This document shows, piece after piece, positions 15,637 to 23,639 of a stretch of DNA of 64,000 nucleotides. The first letter of the stretch is position 1. The number at the start of each line of letters is the position of its first letter. The stretch comes from Polaromonas sp. Its GTDB lineage: Bacteria; Pseudomonadota; Gammaproteobacteria; Burkholderiales; Burkholderiaceae_C. The stretch lies in contig JANNKV010000067.1 in the NCBI GenBank assembly GCA_031396485.1, forward strand, positions 11,493-75,492, read 5' to 3'. The notes under the pieces were generated by a model. That model was not told the origin of the DNA. It was given only the letters and a program-made list of their open reading frames with translations, and ran no database searches. The position numbers and the translations under genes were made by a program.

Positions 15637-15897
15637 TCAATTCCCGAAGATTCCGGTACACCACTGCGTTTCACACGGCACGCCATCACCGTCGCCGTCC
15701 ATCTGAACGCCGGGGCAATTCTTCAGGAACAACTTCGCCTCGCTGCACGAGGTCATTTGCGAGTAATGTTCGCGGCCGTCGCACGGAAAAGCGGAGACAT
15801 GCACAAAGAGTTCTTCACCGCCCTGTTCGGCCACCACACAACCCATGCCGCGGTCAGCGTTCCATTTTTTCAGCATGCCATCAAACCGACTGGTCAT
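15637..15897 (-). CDS. cold-shock-like domain fused to Excalibur calcium-binding domain
   Basis: 86 aa. GMLKKWNADRGMGCVVAEQGGEELFVHVSAF is CSD-like. C...DGDGDGVPCETQWC is the Excalibur DxDxDGxxCE motif. Confidence 0.65.
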   Translation of the reverse strand: MTSRFDGMLKKWNADRGMGCVVAEQGGEELFVHVSAFPCDGREHYSQMTSCSEAKLFLKNCPGVQMDGDGDGVPCETQWCTGIFGN

Positions 15898-16042
15898 TGC
15901 ATGTCCTCCCCTTTCGTCCTGTTCTGCTCATCTCATGCCGCCCGAATCAGCAAACCGGAACAAACCACGACAAACCGGTTAATAACGGAGATAAATCACT
16001 TAAATCGCCATATTAAACAATTAAAGTGATTAATTTGCATGC

Positions 16043-17107
16043 GTGGTCGCTCAAAATCGCAGTTTTATCGCTGCAGCTGTCGCATCACCAATGCAGGAAA
16101 GAACCATGGCCAGACCCAGAGACACGACGAGGCGCCCGAATCGCGGGGGCGATTCGCTGCAGGAAACGGGCATTCGCGTGACCTTGCTGGGGCTGGCGTT
16201 TTTGATTGTTCCGTCGCTGCTTGGCGGTTCCATCGTGATGAAGGTGCTTGCCGCTGCCTTGAGCCTGCCGGGCTGGTTTCTGCTCTGCGCGGGACTGGTC
16301 GTGTTGGGCATCGTCTATCTGCGCAAGACCGCCAACAACACGGCGCCAGCGGCAAGGCAATCGCCGGCCGTGGAGGCATGGGAACTGAATGACCGCGAAA
16401 AGCAGGAATTCACAGCGAACCTGCGCCGCCACGCCCAACGCAAAAGCGCTGCGCCAGCCGAGCCGCAGTTTTCACCGGCGCCGCGTCAAGCACCAGATAT
16501 TCAATTTGGACGCGACACCGAAGCAGCCACGCCACGCCCCCCGTCTGAGGCGGGCGCGTGGAGCGCAGCCATGTTTGCGGCCATCGAGTGGCGGCGTTTT
16601 GAGGCGCTTTGCGAAGCGTTGTTTGCGCAGGCGGGGTTTAAAACCGAGTCGCAGTCGCATGGTGCGGACGGCGGCGTTGACATCTGGTTGTACTCGGCCA
16701 ATGCAGTTGGCCCCGTGGCCATCGCGCAATGCAAACACTGGACCCGCAAGCCGGTCGGCGTGAAAGACGTCAGGGAATTTTTCGGCGTGATGGCTTCGCA
16801 CCAGCTCAAACGCGGCACCTATGCCACCACGTCGAGCTACACCGCAGATGCGATGCAGTTCGCCAAAGCCAACGGCATTAACGCGATGGACGGCGCGGCG
16901 CTGCTCAAACTGATTGGCACCCGCACGCCAGAGCAGCAGGCGGCCTTGCTGACCGTGGCCTTCGAGGGCGACTACTGGCGCCCGACCTGCGCCAGTTGCG
17001 GCATCAAGACGGTATCGCGCAAACCGGCCAAAGGCGGCGCCGCTTTCTGGGGCTGCAACAACTACCCGCGTTGCAAGACCACTTTCAAAATGACGGCGTC
17101 GGCATAG
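16043..17107 (+). CDS. membrane-anchored Mrr-cat restriction endonuclease-domain protein with C-terminal topoisomerase-type C4 zinc ribbon
   Basis: Two N-terminal TM helices. WRRFEALCEALF...GADGGVDIWL...AQCKHW is a PD-(D/E)xK Mrr_cat pattern. CASCG...FWGCNNYPRCK is a zf-C4_Topoisom-like ribbon. Start uncertain. Confidence 0.75.
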   Translation: MVAQNRSFIAAAVASPMQERTMARPRDTTRRPNRGGDSLQETGIRVTLLGLAFLIVPSLLGGSIVMKVLAAALSLPGWFLLCAGLVVLGIVYLRKTANNTAPAARQSPAVEAWELNDREKQEFTANLRRHAQRKSAAPAEPQFSPAPRQAPDIQFGRDTEAATPRPPSEAGAWSAAMFAAIEWRRFEALCEALFAQAGFKTESQSHGADGGVDIWLYSANAVGPVAIAQCKHWTRKPVGVKDVREFFGVMASHQLKRGTYATTSSYTADAMQFAKANGINAMDGAALLKLIGTRTPEQQAALLTVAFEGDYWRPTCASCGIKTVSRKPAKGGAAFWGCNNYPRCKTTFKMTASA

Positions 17108-17160
17108 CAATAAACGCGGTCAGACTCGAATCCAGCGCGACCAGCAAGCGGTTCAATCTG

Positions 17161-17225
17161 CTCCGTTTTTAATAGCTGCCCGCGCAGACTTTACCTGGGC
17201 TAGAGGCCGATTTGATCAAAAATTC
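17161..17225 (+). repeat. intergenic repeat family, copy 7
   Basis: CTCCGTTTTTAATAGCTGCCCGCGCAGACTTTACCTGGGCTAGAGGCCGATTTGATC. Confidence 0.85.
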
Positions 17226-17242
17226 CGCCGAAAAGGCACGAC

Positions 17243-18187
17243 TCACGCACCGCGCACCATTGCCATCACCTGCCCCGCATCCAGCGTCTGCGCCTTTTGC
17301 TGGATCTGCGGCAGGTACTGCGTTTGCAATTGTTTGGCTGGCTCCAGCAGGCTTTGGTATGTTTCGCGCAGCAACTGCGTGTTCATGACGCGGCCGCCGG
17401 CGTAGTAGCGTTTGGCCAGTTGCCCGAGCGCGTATGTGGTGGCAAACGACAGCGCCATGCCGGCGCCGGCACCTCCGACCCCACCGATCACCTTGCCGAG
17501 CAGGCCGCCGAGCAGCTTGCGACCGAACTGCTCCAGGTATTGCGACGTCAGGCCCACGCCAGCAGCGGCGATGAATTCCCGCACATGGCCCTGGTCGAGC
17601 TCGAAGCCGTGCGCCTTGCCGATGCCGTACACCATCTTGACCTGCAGCGGAATGATGGCCATCGACGCCCACGACTGCGGCAACAGTTCCAGCGCACCGT
17701 TGAGCAGCGCGTGGTTCAGGATGGATTTGTCGAGCTCGGCATCGCTGGCAGACGGCGCGATGGGCGCCGGTGCGGGCGCAGGCAGCGGCGCGGCGATGTT
17801 GGTGTTATTGATGCCAGCCAGCGCCTCGGCCTGCGCTTCGAAGGCGACGACTTTCACGGGGTCGATGGCCAGCTGCCCACGCAAGTCGGCCAGAAAACTG
17901 CGCTCGGCATCGGTCTGCTGGCCATCGGCATCGCAGACGCACACCGCCATTTCGTAGGCCAGCTGGCGGTGGCTGGGGTCTGTCAGCTTTTGTACGGCGG
18001 CCTCGATCTTCACGCGCTTGAGCAGCACGTCCTGGTACAGCCGCTGCAGGTAAGGCGCGCCCGAATCGCTGGACAGCGAATCGGCAATGCGGCGAATTTC
18101 TTCGCGCTCGGCGTCGGCCTTGGTGCCATCGGCGAAGGCGGCAAACAGGGCGATGCCCAAAAGCGCTTCTTGCTGGTCAGGGGTCAT
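17243..18187 (-). CDS. TerB-like N-terminal domain protein with glycine-rich membrane-associated C-terminal domain
   Basis: Start trimmed to MTPDQQEALLGIALFAAFADGTKADAEREEI (TerB-type motif) with AAGGAA upstream. The C-terminus LLGKVIGGVGGAGAGMALSFATTYALG is DUF697-like; that family assignment is uncertain. Confidence 0.6.
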   Translation of the reverse strand: MTPDQQEALLGIALFAAFADGTKADAEREEIRRIADSLSSDSGAPYLQRLYQDVLLKRVKIEAAVQKLTDPSHRQLAYEMAVCVCDADGQQTDAERSFLADLRGQLAIDPVKVVAFEAQAEALAGINNTNIAAPLPAPAPAPIAPSASDAELDKSILNHALLNGALELLPQSWASMAIIPLQVKMVYGIGKAHGFELDQGHVREFIAAAGVGLTSQYLEQFGRKLLGGLLGKVIGGVGGAGAGMALSFATTYALGQLAKRYYAGGRVMNTQLLRETYQSLLEPAKQLQTQYLPQIQQKAQTLDAGQVMAMVRGA

Positions 18188-18433
18188 GGGGTTCCTTTGA
18201 AAAACTTGAAACTTCAGCGAAGACGATTTGTGACAAACCGATGGTTTTTCACCAGGCTCCAGAGCAAAAACGTCTGCACACAATAATAAAACTGCACTTC
18301 TGGCCCTGCCGTGCATCGGGTCATTTTCAGCGGCAGCCCGTAGTTACCCGCCCGATTTGCCCACCTGAAAGATTCGCTGTTGGCCGACATATCGTTGCGG
18401 CTTTTGCATGCTTAATGATGGTCTTGCACTTAC

Positions 18434-18498
18434 CGGTAATCCCGGCAATTTCCGGTGACCCCGGTAATTCCCGATAACCGCGGTAATTGCCGGTTTCA
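18434..18498 (+). promoter_or_regulatory. array of 7 direct CCGGTAAT-like iterons with 9-10 bp spacing in a divergent promoter region
   Basis: CCGGTAAT(18434) CCGGCAAT(18443) CCGGTGAC(18453) CCGGTAAT(18462) CCGATAAC(18472) GCGGTAAT(18481) CCGGTTTC(18491). Confidence 0.6.
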
Positions 18499-18529
18499 CG
18501 CATTTTTTCGATTCATCAGGAGAGCCAGC

Positions 18530-18745
18530 ATGTCCCAGTTCGCCAACATCACCGGCCTTGTCACCTACACCCCGGGCGACGGCGTACCGATTGAAATTCC
18601 GCTCGGTCGCGTCGAAGTCGATCTGGCGGACGACAGCGCCACGCTGAGCTGGGAAGCGGCCGAAGGCGTGGTGGGCCTGACGGCGATTCCGCGTGAGCAG
18701 TTTGACGACTACGTGCGCGACGGAAAAATCACCTGGGCAGCGTAA
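18530..18745 (+). CDS. small hypothetical protein
   Basis: 71 aa from the ATG at 18530, preceded by AGGAGAG. Acidic. No recognisable family. Confidence 0.5.
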   Translation: MSQFANITGLVTYTPGDGVPIEIPLGRVEVDLADDSATLSWEAAEGVVGLTAIPREQFDDYVRDGKITWAA

Positions 18746-18790
18746 TAATCAGCAGCATGCCGACTGAAATGGTTTGAAGGGTTTCACTTT

Positions 18791-18834
18791 GCTACTTTTT
18801 TAATAGCTGCTCGCGCACGTTTTACCTGGCCTAG
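18791..18834 (+). repeat. intergenic repeat family, copy 8 (interrupted by the MITE)
   Basis: GCTACTTTTTTAATAGCTGCTCGCGCACGTTTTACCTGGCCTAG, then the MITE. The repeat consensus resumes at 18996 (CTAGAGCC...). Confidence 0.8.
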
Positions 18835-18995
18835 GGACCCTCTGCATAACTCTGGCGGAACTGTGGTACGCGGATCGGGATGGGCTGCAAGGCGCCTTTT
18901 TGCAGCCAATAGCCCCGCTATTGGCAAGAAAAGCAACGCCGCAGACCGCCCGAGCCCGCGTTACCACAGACCGCAGGGAGTTATGCAGAGGGTCC
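18835..18995. mobile_element. 161-bp MITE, copy 1
   Basis: Perfect 18-bp terminal inverted repeats GGACCCTCTGCATAACTC/GAGTTATGCAGAGGGTCC. Flanked by CTAG on both sides. The ~87-bp central segment is identical to 33007-33167. Confidence 0.85.
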
Positions 18996-19021
18996 CTAGA
19001 GCCAATGCTGGTCATTCAGGC

Positions 19022-19099
19022 GCTACCACCCCGTTCGGGCTGAGCCTGTCAAAGCCTGGTTGCGCTGTGCCGACCCTTCGAGAAGCTCAGGGCGAACGG
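19022..19099 (+). repeat. 78-bp hairpin repeat, copy B
   Basis: CCGTTCGGGCTGAGCCTGTCAAAGCC...CCTTCGAGAAGCTCAGGGCGAACGG. Similar to 14516-14593. Confidence 0.85.
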
Positions 19100-19162
19100 A
19101 CAGGTGACGTGTGTTGGGGTTATCGCCGTATATTTCATCCACCCCGCCAACTTTCAGATTGT

Positions 19163-20077
19163 TTGAACACCTTGCCCATCGTTTACGTACCGCTCACCGC
19201 TCAAGCACTCACGCGCCGCTCTGCTTTGCTGCACGCCGCCAGCCTGCTGGCTCTGCCCGCGTCCGGCCTGGCTGCGGCCACCACGCAGCCACCTTCCCCC
19301 GACCTGTGGCCCAACAGCTTGCAGGTGCCCGGCGGCATCGCCCGGCTGTCGCTTGGCCCGGCGGCGACGCGGCCTGTCGCGTATGCCGGCGATGTGCCCT
19401 TGCTGGTGCTGGGCGACGTGATCGACTGGGTGGCACTGGTCGGGATTCCGCTGGCGGCCAAGCTGGGCGCGGCCAGCATTGATGTGCAGATCGAGGGCGG
19501 CAGCAAGCGACAAATCCGCTACACCATCGCCCCCAAAAAATACGCCGAGCAGCGGCTCAGTGTGGCGCCCGGCACGGTCGATCTGTCGCCAGAAAACGAA
19601 GCGCGCTACGAACGCGAGCGCGCGCACCAGGCCACCGTGATGGCGACGTTTACCGAGCCGCCTGCGCAGGCTTGGGCGTCAGCCACCGCGCTGCGCATGC
19701 AGGTGCCCACGCCGGGTCGGCGCTCCAGCTCGTTCGGGTTGCGCCGCGTGTTCAATGGGCAGTCACGCAATCCGCACAGCGGCATGGACATCGCCGCCGC
19801 CACCGGTACACCCGTCGTGTCGCCGCTGCCGGCCAAAGTGATTGACACGGGTGACTATTTCTTCAACGGCAACACGGTGTGGCTGGACCACGGTGGCGGC
19901 CTGCTCAGCATGATGTGCCACCTGAGCGCGATTGACGTGAAGCCGGGCGATATGCTGAAGACTGGTGAGCGCCTGGGCGCCGTGGGCGCCACCGGCCGCG
20001 TGACGGGCCCGCACCTGCACTGGGGCGTGATGCTGAACCGGACGATGGTGGACCCGGCTTTATTTATCTCTGCTTGA
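19163..20077 (+). CDS. M23-family metallopeptidase (Tat/Sec-exported)
   Basis: TRRSALLHAASLLALPA signal. HSGMDIAAATGTPV and GPHLHWGV are the M23 HxxxD/HxH motifs. There is no in-frame ATG after the repeats, so the start is assumed at TTG 19163 or 19172. Confidence 0.8.
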   Translation: MNTLPIVYVPLTAQALTRRSALLHAASLLALPASGLAAATTQPPSPDLWPNSLQVPGGIARLSLGPAATRPVAYAGDVPLLVLGDVIDWVALVGIPLAAKLGAASIDVQIEGGSKRQIRYTIAPKKYAEQRLSVAPGTVDLSPENEARYERERAHQATVMATFTEPPAQAWASATALRMQVPTPGRRSSSFGLRRVFNGQSRNPHSGMDIAAATGTPVVSPLPAKVIDTGDYFFNGNTVWLDHGGGLLSMMCHLSAIDVKPGDMLKTGERLGAVGATGRVTGPHLHWGVMLNRTMVDPALFISA

Positions 20078-20094
20078 GCAGCGAAAATCTGCGG

Positions 20095-20994
20095 CTATTT
20101 CGGCAGCGCCGCAGCCGGTCGGGCCGCCTTCTCTGAAAACCGCCCGCCGGCAAAATCAGCTGCCGTCAAACCGCGATTGAGGTCGATGCCGGTCAGGTAA
20201 AAATCGTGCGCCGGCAAGCCCGCAAAAGGCTTCACCACGGTTTCATAAAAATGCGTTGGCCACATCACGCCGCCGACGTTGACGAACTTGTCGTGTTCGA
20301 CGCTGACGACGGCCCCCTGGCTCGGCTCGCTGCCTTCCAGCGTCAGCCAGACGCGGCGCACCAGTTTGTCTTTGCGATCAATCGACAGCAGCACCCTGTC
20401 TTCGCGCGAATTGCCGATGCCCGGACGCAGCACGGCCAGCAGCACATCGCAGTCGCGCCCGTTCACCACGCTGGTGCCGGCCAGCTCCAGTACGCTGGCA
20501 CGCTGCACGTAAAACGCCGGGTATAAAAACAGTTGATACGCATGCAGCACCAGGTGCGCGGCGGCTTGCTGGTCAGCACCCGCATACGGCGCGCCGTTGT
20601 ACCAGACGGATACTTTGCGATCGGTCTCGACGACGGTTTTTTGCCCGCCCGGCCCGCTGTGGATTTGCGCTATGACCGAAGGGCCGTTGACCAGCATGCG
20701 CTCTTGCGAGGTCTGGCGAAACGCGGCGTCGGTGATCGCCGGCTGAATGCGCTTGATCAAGTCAAACCAGGTGCCGCCGTAGCCGACGTTGATGTCCTTG
20801 ATGGCCGCAAACGCAGCCTTGCCGTGCGCCTGCTGCGATTGCTCGAGCAGGGCCAGCGCCTCGGGCTGGCTGGTGGCGCCCTTGGGTACGGGTATGGAGC
20901 CGCACGCCGCCAGAAAGCCCAGCGCGCAGAACGCTCCAAGCATCAGCAAGCGCCGCGGCGCACGAACAAACCAGACGGTTGGATTTGAAGACAT
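20095..20994 (-). CDS. hypothetical lipoprotein
   Basis: Start trimmed to MSSNPTVW. Lipobox GFLAACGS. No family recognised. Confidence 0.55.
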   Translation of the reverse strand: MSSNPTVWFVRAPRRLLMLGAFCALGFLAACGSIPVPKGATSQPEALALLEQSQQAHGKAAFAAIKDINVGYGGTWFDLIKRIQPAITDAAFRQTSQERMLVNGPSVIAQIHSGPGGQKTVVETDRKVSVWYNGAPYAGADQQAAAHLVLHAYQLFLYPAFYVQRASVLELAGTSVVNGRDCDVLLAVLRPGIGNSREDRVLLSIDRKDKLVRRVWLTLEGSEPSQGAVVSVEHDKFVNVGGVMWPTHFYETVVKPFAGLPAHDFYLTGIDLNRGLTAADFAGGRFSEKAARPAAALPK

Positions 20995-21058
20995 TGGGCA
21001 TTGCAACACAACTCTTGTAAAACCTGCGACAGTCCCCTGCAAAGTCGAAGCTGGATGG

Positions 21059-21448
21059 TCAGCTATTGCTTGCGTGGGGCGTCGCGCTGTCCGGGTCAGG
21101 CCTGCTTTCCATAGCGAGCTTCAATTTGCCAAGTGCAAAGTCCCACTGCCGCGCAATCGTCTCCAGCGAGGATCTGGCTTCTTCGAGCTGCAGCGGGTCG
21201 AACTCCCAAAAGCGTTCGCGGCCGAGCTTGATGTCGCGCACCAGCCCGGCGTCGGCCAGCACCTGCAGGTGTTTGGTGACGGCCTGGCGCGTCACATCGG
21301 TGCCGGCGGTGAGCTGCGCGATCGACGCAGCGCCGCCAGCGCAGAGCAGCGCGATCAGGCGCAGCCGGGTGGCATCGCCCAGCGCGGCAAAAACCGGTGC
21401 GGAGCTGGTCAGTTGCAGCGCGCCAAGCGAGTTAACCACGCTCTGCAA
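21059..21448 (-). CDS. ArsR/SmtB-family transcriptional regulator
   Basis: ALGDATRLRLIALLCAGGAASIAQLTAGTDVTRQAVTKHLQVLADAGLV is a winged-HTH ArsR pattern. Confidence 0.85.
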   Translation of the reverse strand: MQSVVNSLGALQLTSSAPVFAALGDATRLRLIALLCAGGAASIAQLTAGTDVTRQAVTKHLQVLADAGLVRDIKLGRERFWEFDPLQLEEARSSLETIARQWDFALGKLKLAMESRPDPDSATPHASNS

Positions 21449-21893
21449 ACCCGGCGATATTTTTCAGCTGCGCTTCCCAGCCACCGCTGTTCATGCGGAA
21501 GGCTTCCATCCGGCGCGACGGCGGCACGCTGTCAAAGCCGGATTCGACCACGTTCACCAGGGTGCCGCCGTCAGCGTCTTTCAGCTCGAACGTGATCAGC
21601 GTGCGCTGCTCTTTCGAGTAGTCGATTGTCGGATCGACCGCATACGGATGCCAGCGAAAAGCGAGCAGGTTTTCGGGCTCCACCCGCTCGACCATGATGT
21701 CGAACTCCACATGCTCATAGCCTTTGATGGTGATGGGGCCCTTCACACGCTGGCCCGGCGCCATGGTCTGGCCTTTCAGATTGGCGCCAAACCAGCTGCC
21801 GAAGTCTTCGGCATTCGAGATCGCGCGCCACACCTGCGCGCGCGGGGCGTTGATCTGGATGCTTCGCTCGATACGGTCTGTTTGTGAGGTCAT
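21432..21893 (-). CDS. SRPBCC/AHSA1-domain protein
   Basis: Start trimmed to MTSQTDRIERSIQINAPRAQVWRAISNAEDFGSWF (typical SRPBCC N-terminus). 17-nt overlap with the ArsR gene, which is a common pairing. Confidence 0.8.
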   Translation of the reverse strand: MTSQTDRIERSIQINAPRAQVWRAISNAEDFGSWFGANLKGQTMAPGQRVKGPITIKGYEHVEFDIMVERVEPENLLAFRWHPYAVDPTIDYSKEQRTLITFELKDADGGTLVNVVESGFDSVPPSRRMEAFRMNSGGWEAQLKNIAGFAERG

Positions 21894-22061
21894 ATGAAAT
21901 CTCCTGGTTGCAGTTAGTTGAAAATCATGCAATTTATTGGTTGCATTTATTTTCAATCCGCAAAAATAAACGTGCAACCATTTAATTGCATTTATTTGTA
22001 TCAAGAATTGGGGATGCCTGGTGCAGACGTGGCGCAGGGACGGCGCAGCGATGGCGCAGAC

Positions 22062-22721
22062 ATGGTGCAATCGAGTGTGTCCGACTTTTCAGCCTCCACC
22101 GCCATGTCCAGCCTGCCCTTCAGCGCCGCCGCAGACCGCAACAAGCAACCTATCGTGGAGGTATTGCGGCGCGTGCTGCCTGCCGAGGGCCGCGCGCTTG
22201 AAATCGCGTCGGGCACCGGCCAGCATGTCGCTTTTTTCGCCGCTGCGCTGCCGGGCTGGACCTGGCAGCCCACCGATGGCGACGCAAACGACCTGCCCCT
22301 GATGGCCACCTGGCTGAAAGAGGCGGGGCAGGCGAATGTGGCGGCGCCCTTGTGGCTGGACGTGCTGGCGGCGCAGTGGCCCGCCACGGGCGCCGCGTTC
22401 ACACAGCCTTTTGATGCCATCTACTGCGCCAACATGCTGCACATCGCGCCTTGGGCGACCTGCGCGGCATTGATGCGGGGTAGCCGTCGGCATCTGGCAC
22501 CGGGCGGGGTGTTGGTCACTTACGGGCCGTATCTGGAGGACGCTGTAGTGACCTCGCCCGGCAACCTCGCGTTCAACGACAGCCTGCGCGCCCGCAACCC
22601 GGCGTGGGGGATCCGGCGGCTTAAAGACGTGGCCCAGGAAGCGCGGCGAGCCGGTTTGACGCTGCGCGAACGGCATGCGATGCCGGCCAGCAACCTGCTG
22701 CTGGTGTGGCACAAGTCATAA
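22062..22721 (+). CDS. DUF938-family SAM-dependent methyltransferase-like protein
   Basis: SAAADRNKQPIVEVLRRVLP...ALEIASGTGQHVAFFA...YCANMLHIAPW matches the DUF938 pattern. Start ambiguous (ATG 22014, 22062 or 22104). Confidence 0.75.
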   Translation: MVQSSVSDFSASTAMSSLPFSAAADRNKQPIVEVLRRVLPAEGRALEIASGTGQHVAFFAAALPGWTWQPTDGDANDLPLMATWLKEAGQANVAAPLWLDVLAAQWPATGAAFTQPFDAIYCANMLHIAPWATCAALMRGSRRHLAPGGVLVTYGPYLEDAVVTSPGNLAFNDSLRARNPAWGIRRLKDVAQEARRAGLTLRERHAMPASNLLLVWHKS

Positions 22722-22727
22722 CAACCC

Positions 22728-22797
22728 GCTATTATTTTTGTAGCTTCTTGCGCGGATAATACCTGGGCTGCAGGCCTTTTTTACTAAAAATAGCGCT
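22728..22797 (+). repeat. intergenic repeat family, copy 9
   Basis: GCTATTATTTTTGTAGCTTCTTGCGCGGATAATACCTGGGCTGCAGGCC. Confidence 0.8.
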
Positions 22798-22990
22798 AAT
22801 TTTCATACAGGCCGGATTAGCGCAGTGAGATGTCGGTTTACGCCTTCGGCTAACCCGACCTGCGCCAGCGGCGCCCATCAACCTGCAAACCCGCTGGACA
22901 GCTCACTCTAGCCGACTAGGTCGCACTCCCTAGGGAAAACCCGCACCATTGCCTCACCTGTCCATTTCAACCACCGCGTAAGGAAACACC

Positions 22991-23518
22991 ATGACCGCCA
23001 AGAATTTGTCCACTGTTGCCGTCGATCTGATCGAGTCTTATGGCAACACCGCCAGGAACGTGATTGACGCCTACCGCGCCGGTGGCGAGCGCGCGGTCAG
23101 CCTGCTGGAGCAGCGCTGGAACCGTGCCCTGAAACAGTCGCGTAGCGAGCTGACCGCCGAGACGGCCAAAAACGCCGCAGCGGCCCAGATTGCCTTCAGC
23201 GCCTACTACAGCAAAGGCCTGGACCTGACGACCAATGGCGCGGCACAAGTCATCAGCCAGCTCGTCAAGGTGCTTGAAGAAGGCGTGGAGCGCGTGGCCG
23301 CGAACGCCAGCGCCTTCGAAGAAAAAACCGGCGTGACGACCCTGAACACGCTGGCCGCCGCCACCGCACCCGGCGCCCTCGTGCTGAGCAAGCTGGCCGA
23401 GAAGATCGAACAGAAAACCGCCGAAATCGCCAGCAAGATTGCCGGCGACGATGTGGTCACCGCCACCGTGAAGCGCAAGTCGGCTTTCGGCGAGCGCCGC
23501 GCTGCCAACGCGGCCTGA
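22991..23518 (+). CDS. phasin-family (PHA granule-associated) protein
   Basis: 175 aa, Ala-rich amphipathic helical protein. The composition and N-terminus are like betaproteobacterial phasins. AAGGAAA RBS. A PHA synthase is present elsewhere in the window. Confidence 0.55.
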   Translation: MTAKNLSTVAVDLIESYGNTARNVIDAYRAGGERAVSLLEQRWNRALKQSRSELTAETAKNAAAAQIAFSAYYSKGLDLTTNGAAQVISQLVKVLEEGVERVAANASAFEEKTGVTTLNTLAAATAPGALVLSKLAEKIEQKTAEIASKIAGDDVVTATVKRKSAFGERRAANAA

Positions 23519-23611
23519 TCAAGAAACCGGGCTGATCAGGCGGCATGCCTGAGCCGGTGATCGGACGATCTGGCTCAGGCTCTTGACCTGAACCGCCCCA
23601 TTTCGCAAGTA

Positions 23612-23639
23612 CAGCCAGCGCCCCGCGCTGGCTGTTTTT
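23612..23639 (+). terminator. rho-independent terminator after the phasin gene
   Basis: CAGCCAGCG-CCCC-GCGCTGGCTG stem-loop followed by TTTTT. Confidence 0.75.

Noticed and set aside
17297-18286. Long ORFs antisense to well-supported genes. Examples: 17297-18286 (+), 58110-59384 (+), 11455-12228 (-), 13214-13996 (-), 26361-27350 (-), 40577-41581 (-), 39890-40570 (-), 4652-5200 (-), 35521-36363 (+), 53474-54220 (+).
   Set aside because: These are typical shadow ORFs of high-GC DNA. Their translations are Arg/Ala/Gly/Pro-rich low-complexity sequences with no recognisable motifs. In each case the opposite or alternative frame carries a clearly recognisable protein family.
18434-18498. Possible CRISPR array (short direct repeats), here and at 11278-11320.
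   Set aside because: The units are only 8-11 bp and contiguous, with no spacers. There are no cas genes in the window.
18863-19162. N-terminal extensions in the ORF track that run through intergenic repeats. Examples: 18863- for the M23 peptidase, 35075- for the FG-GAP protein, 13055- for xoxJ, 14748- for PPOX, 21894-22070 for SRPBCC, 62712-63092 for ylqF, 30780-30902, 33063 and others.
   Set aside because: The extensions translate repeat, MITE or upstream-gene sequence. Internal ATGs with Shine-Dalgarno motifs and family-typical N-termini give better gene models.
22832-22859. Hairpin GTCGGTTTACGCCTTCGGCTAACCCGAC upstream of the phasin gene.
   Set aside because: It looks like a single copy of a common betaproteobacterial REP-type hairpin. 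It has no second copy in this window and nothing links it to regulation.
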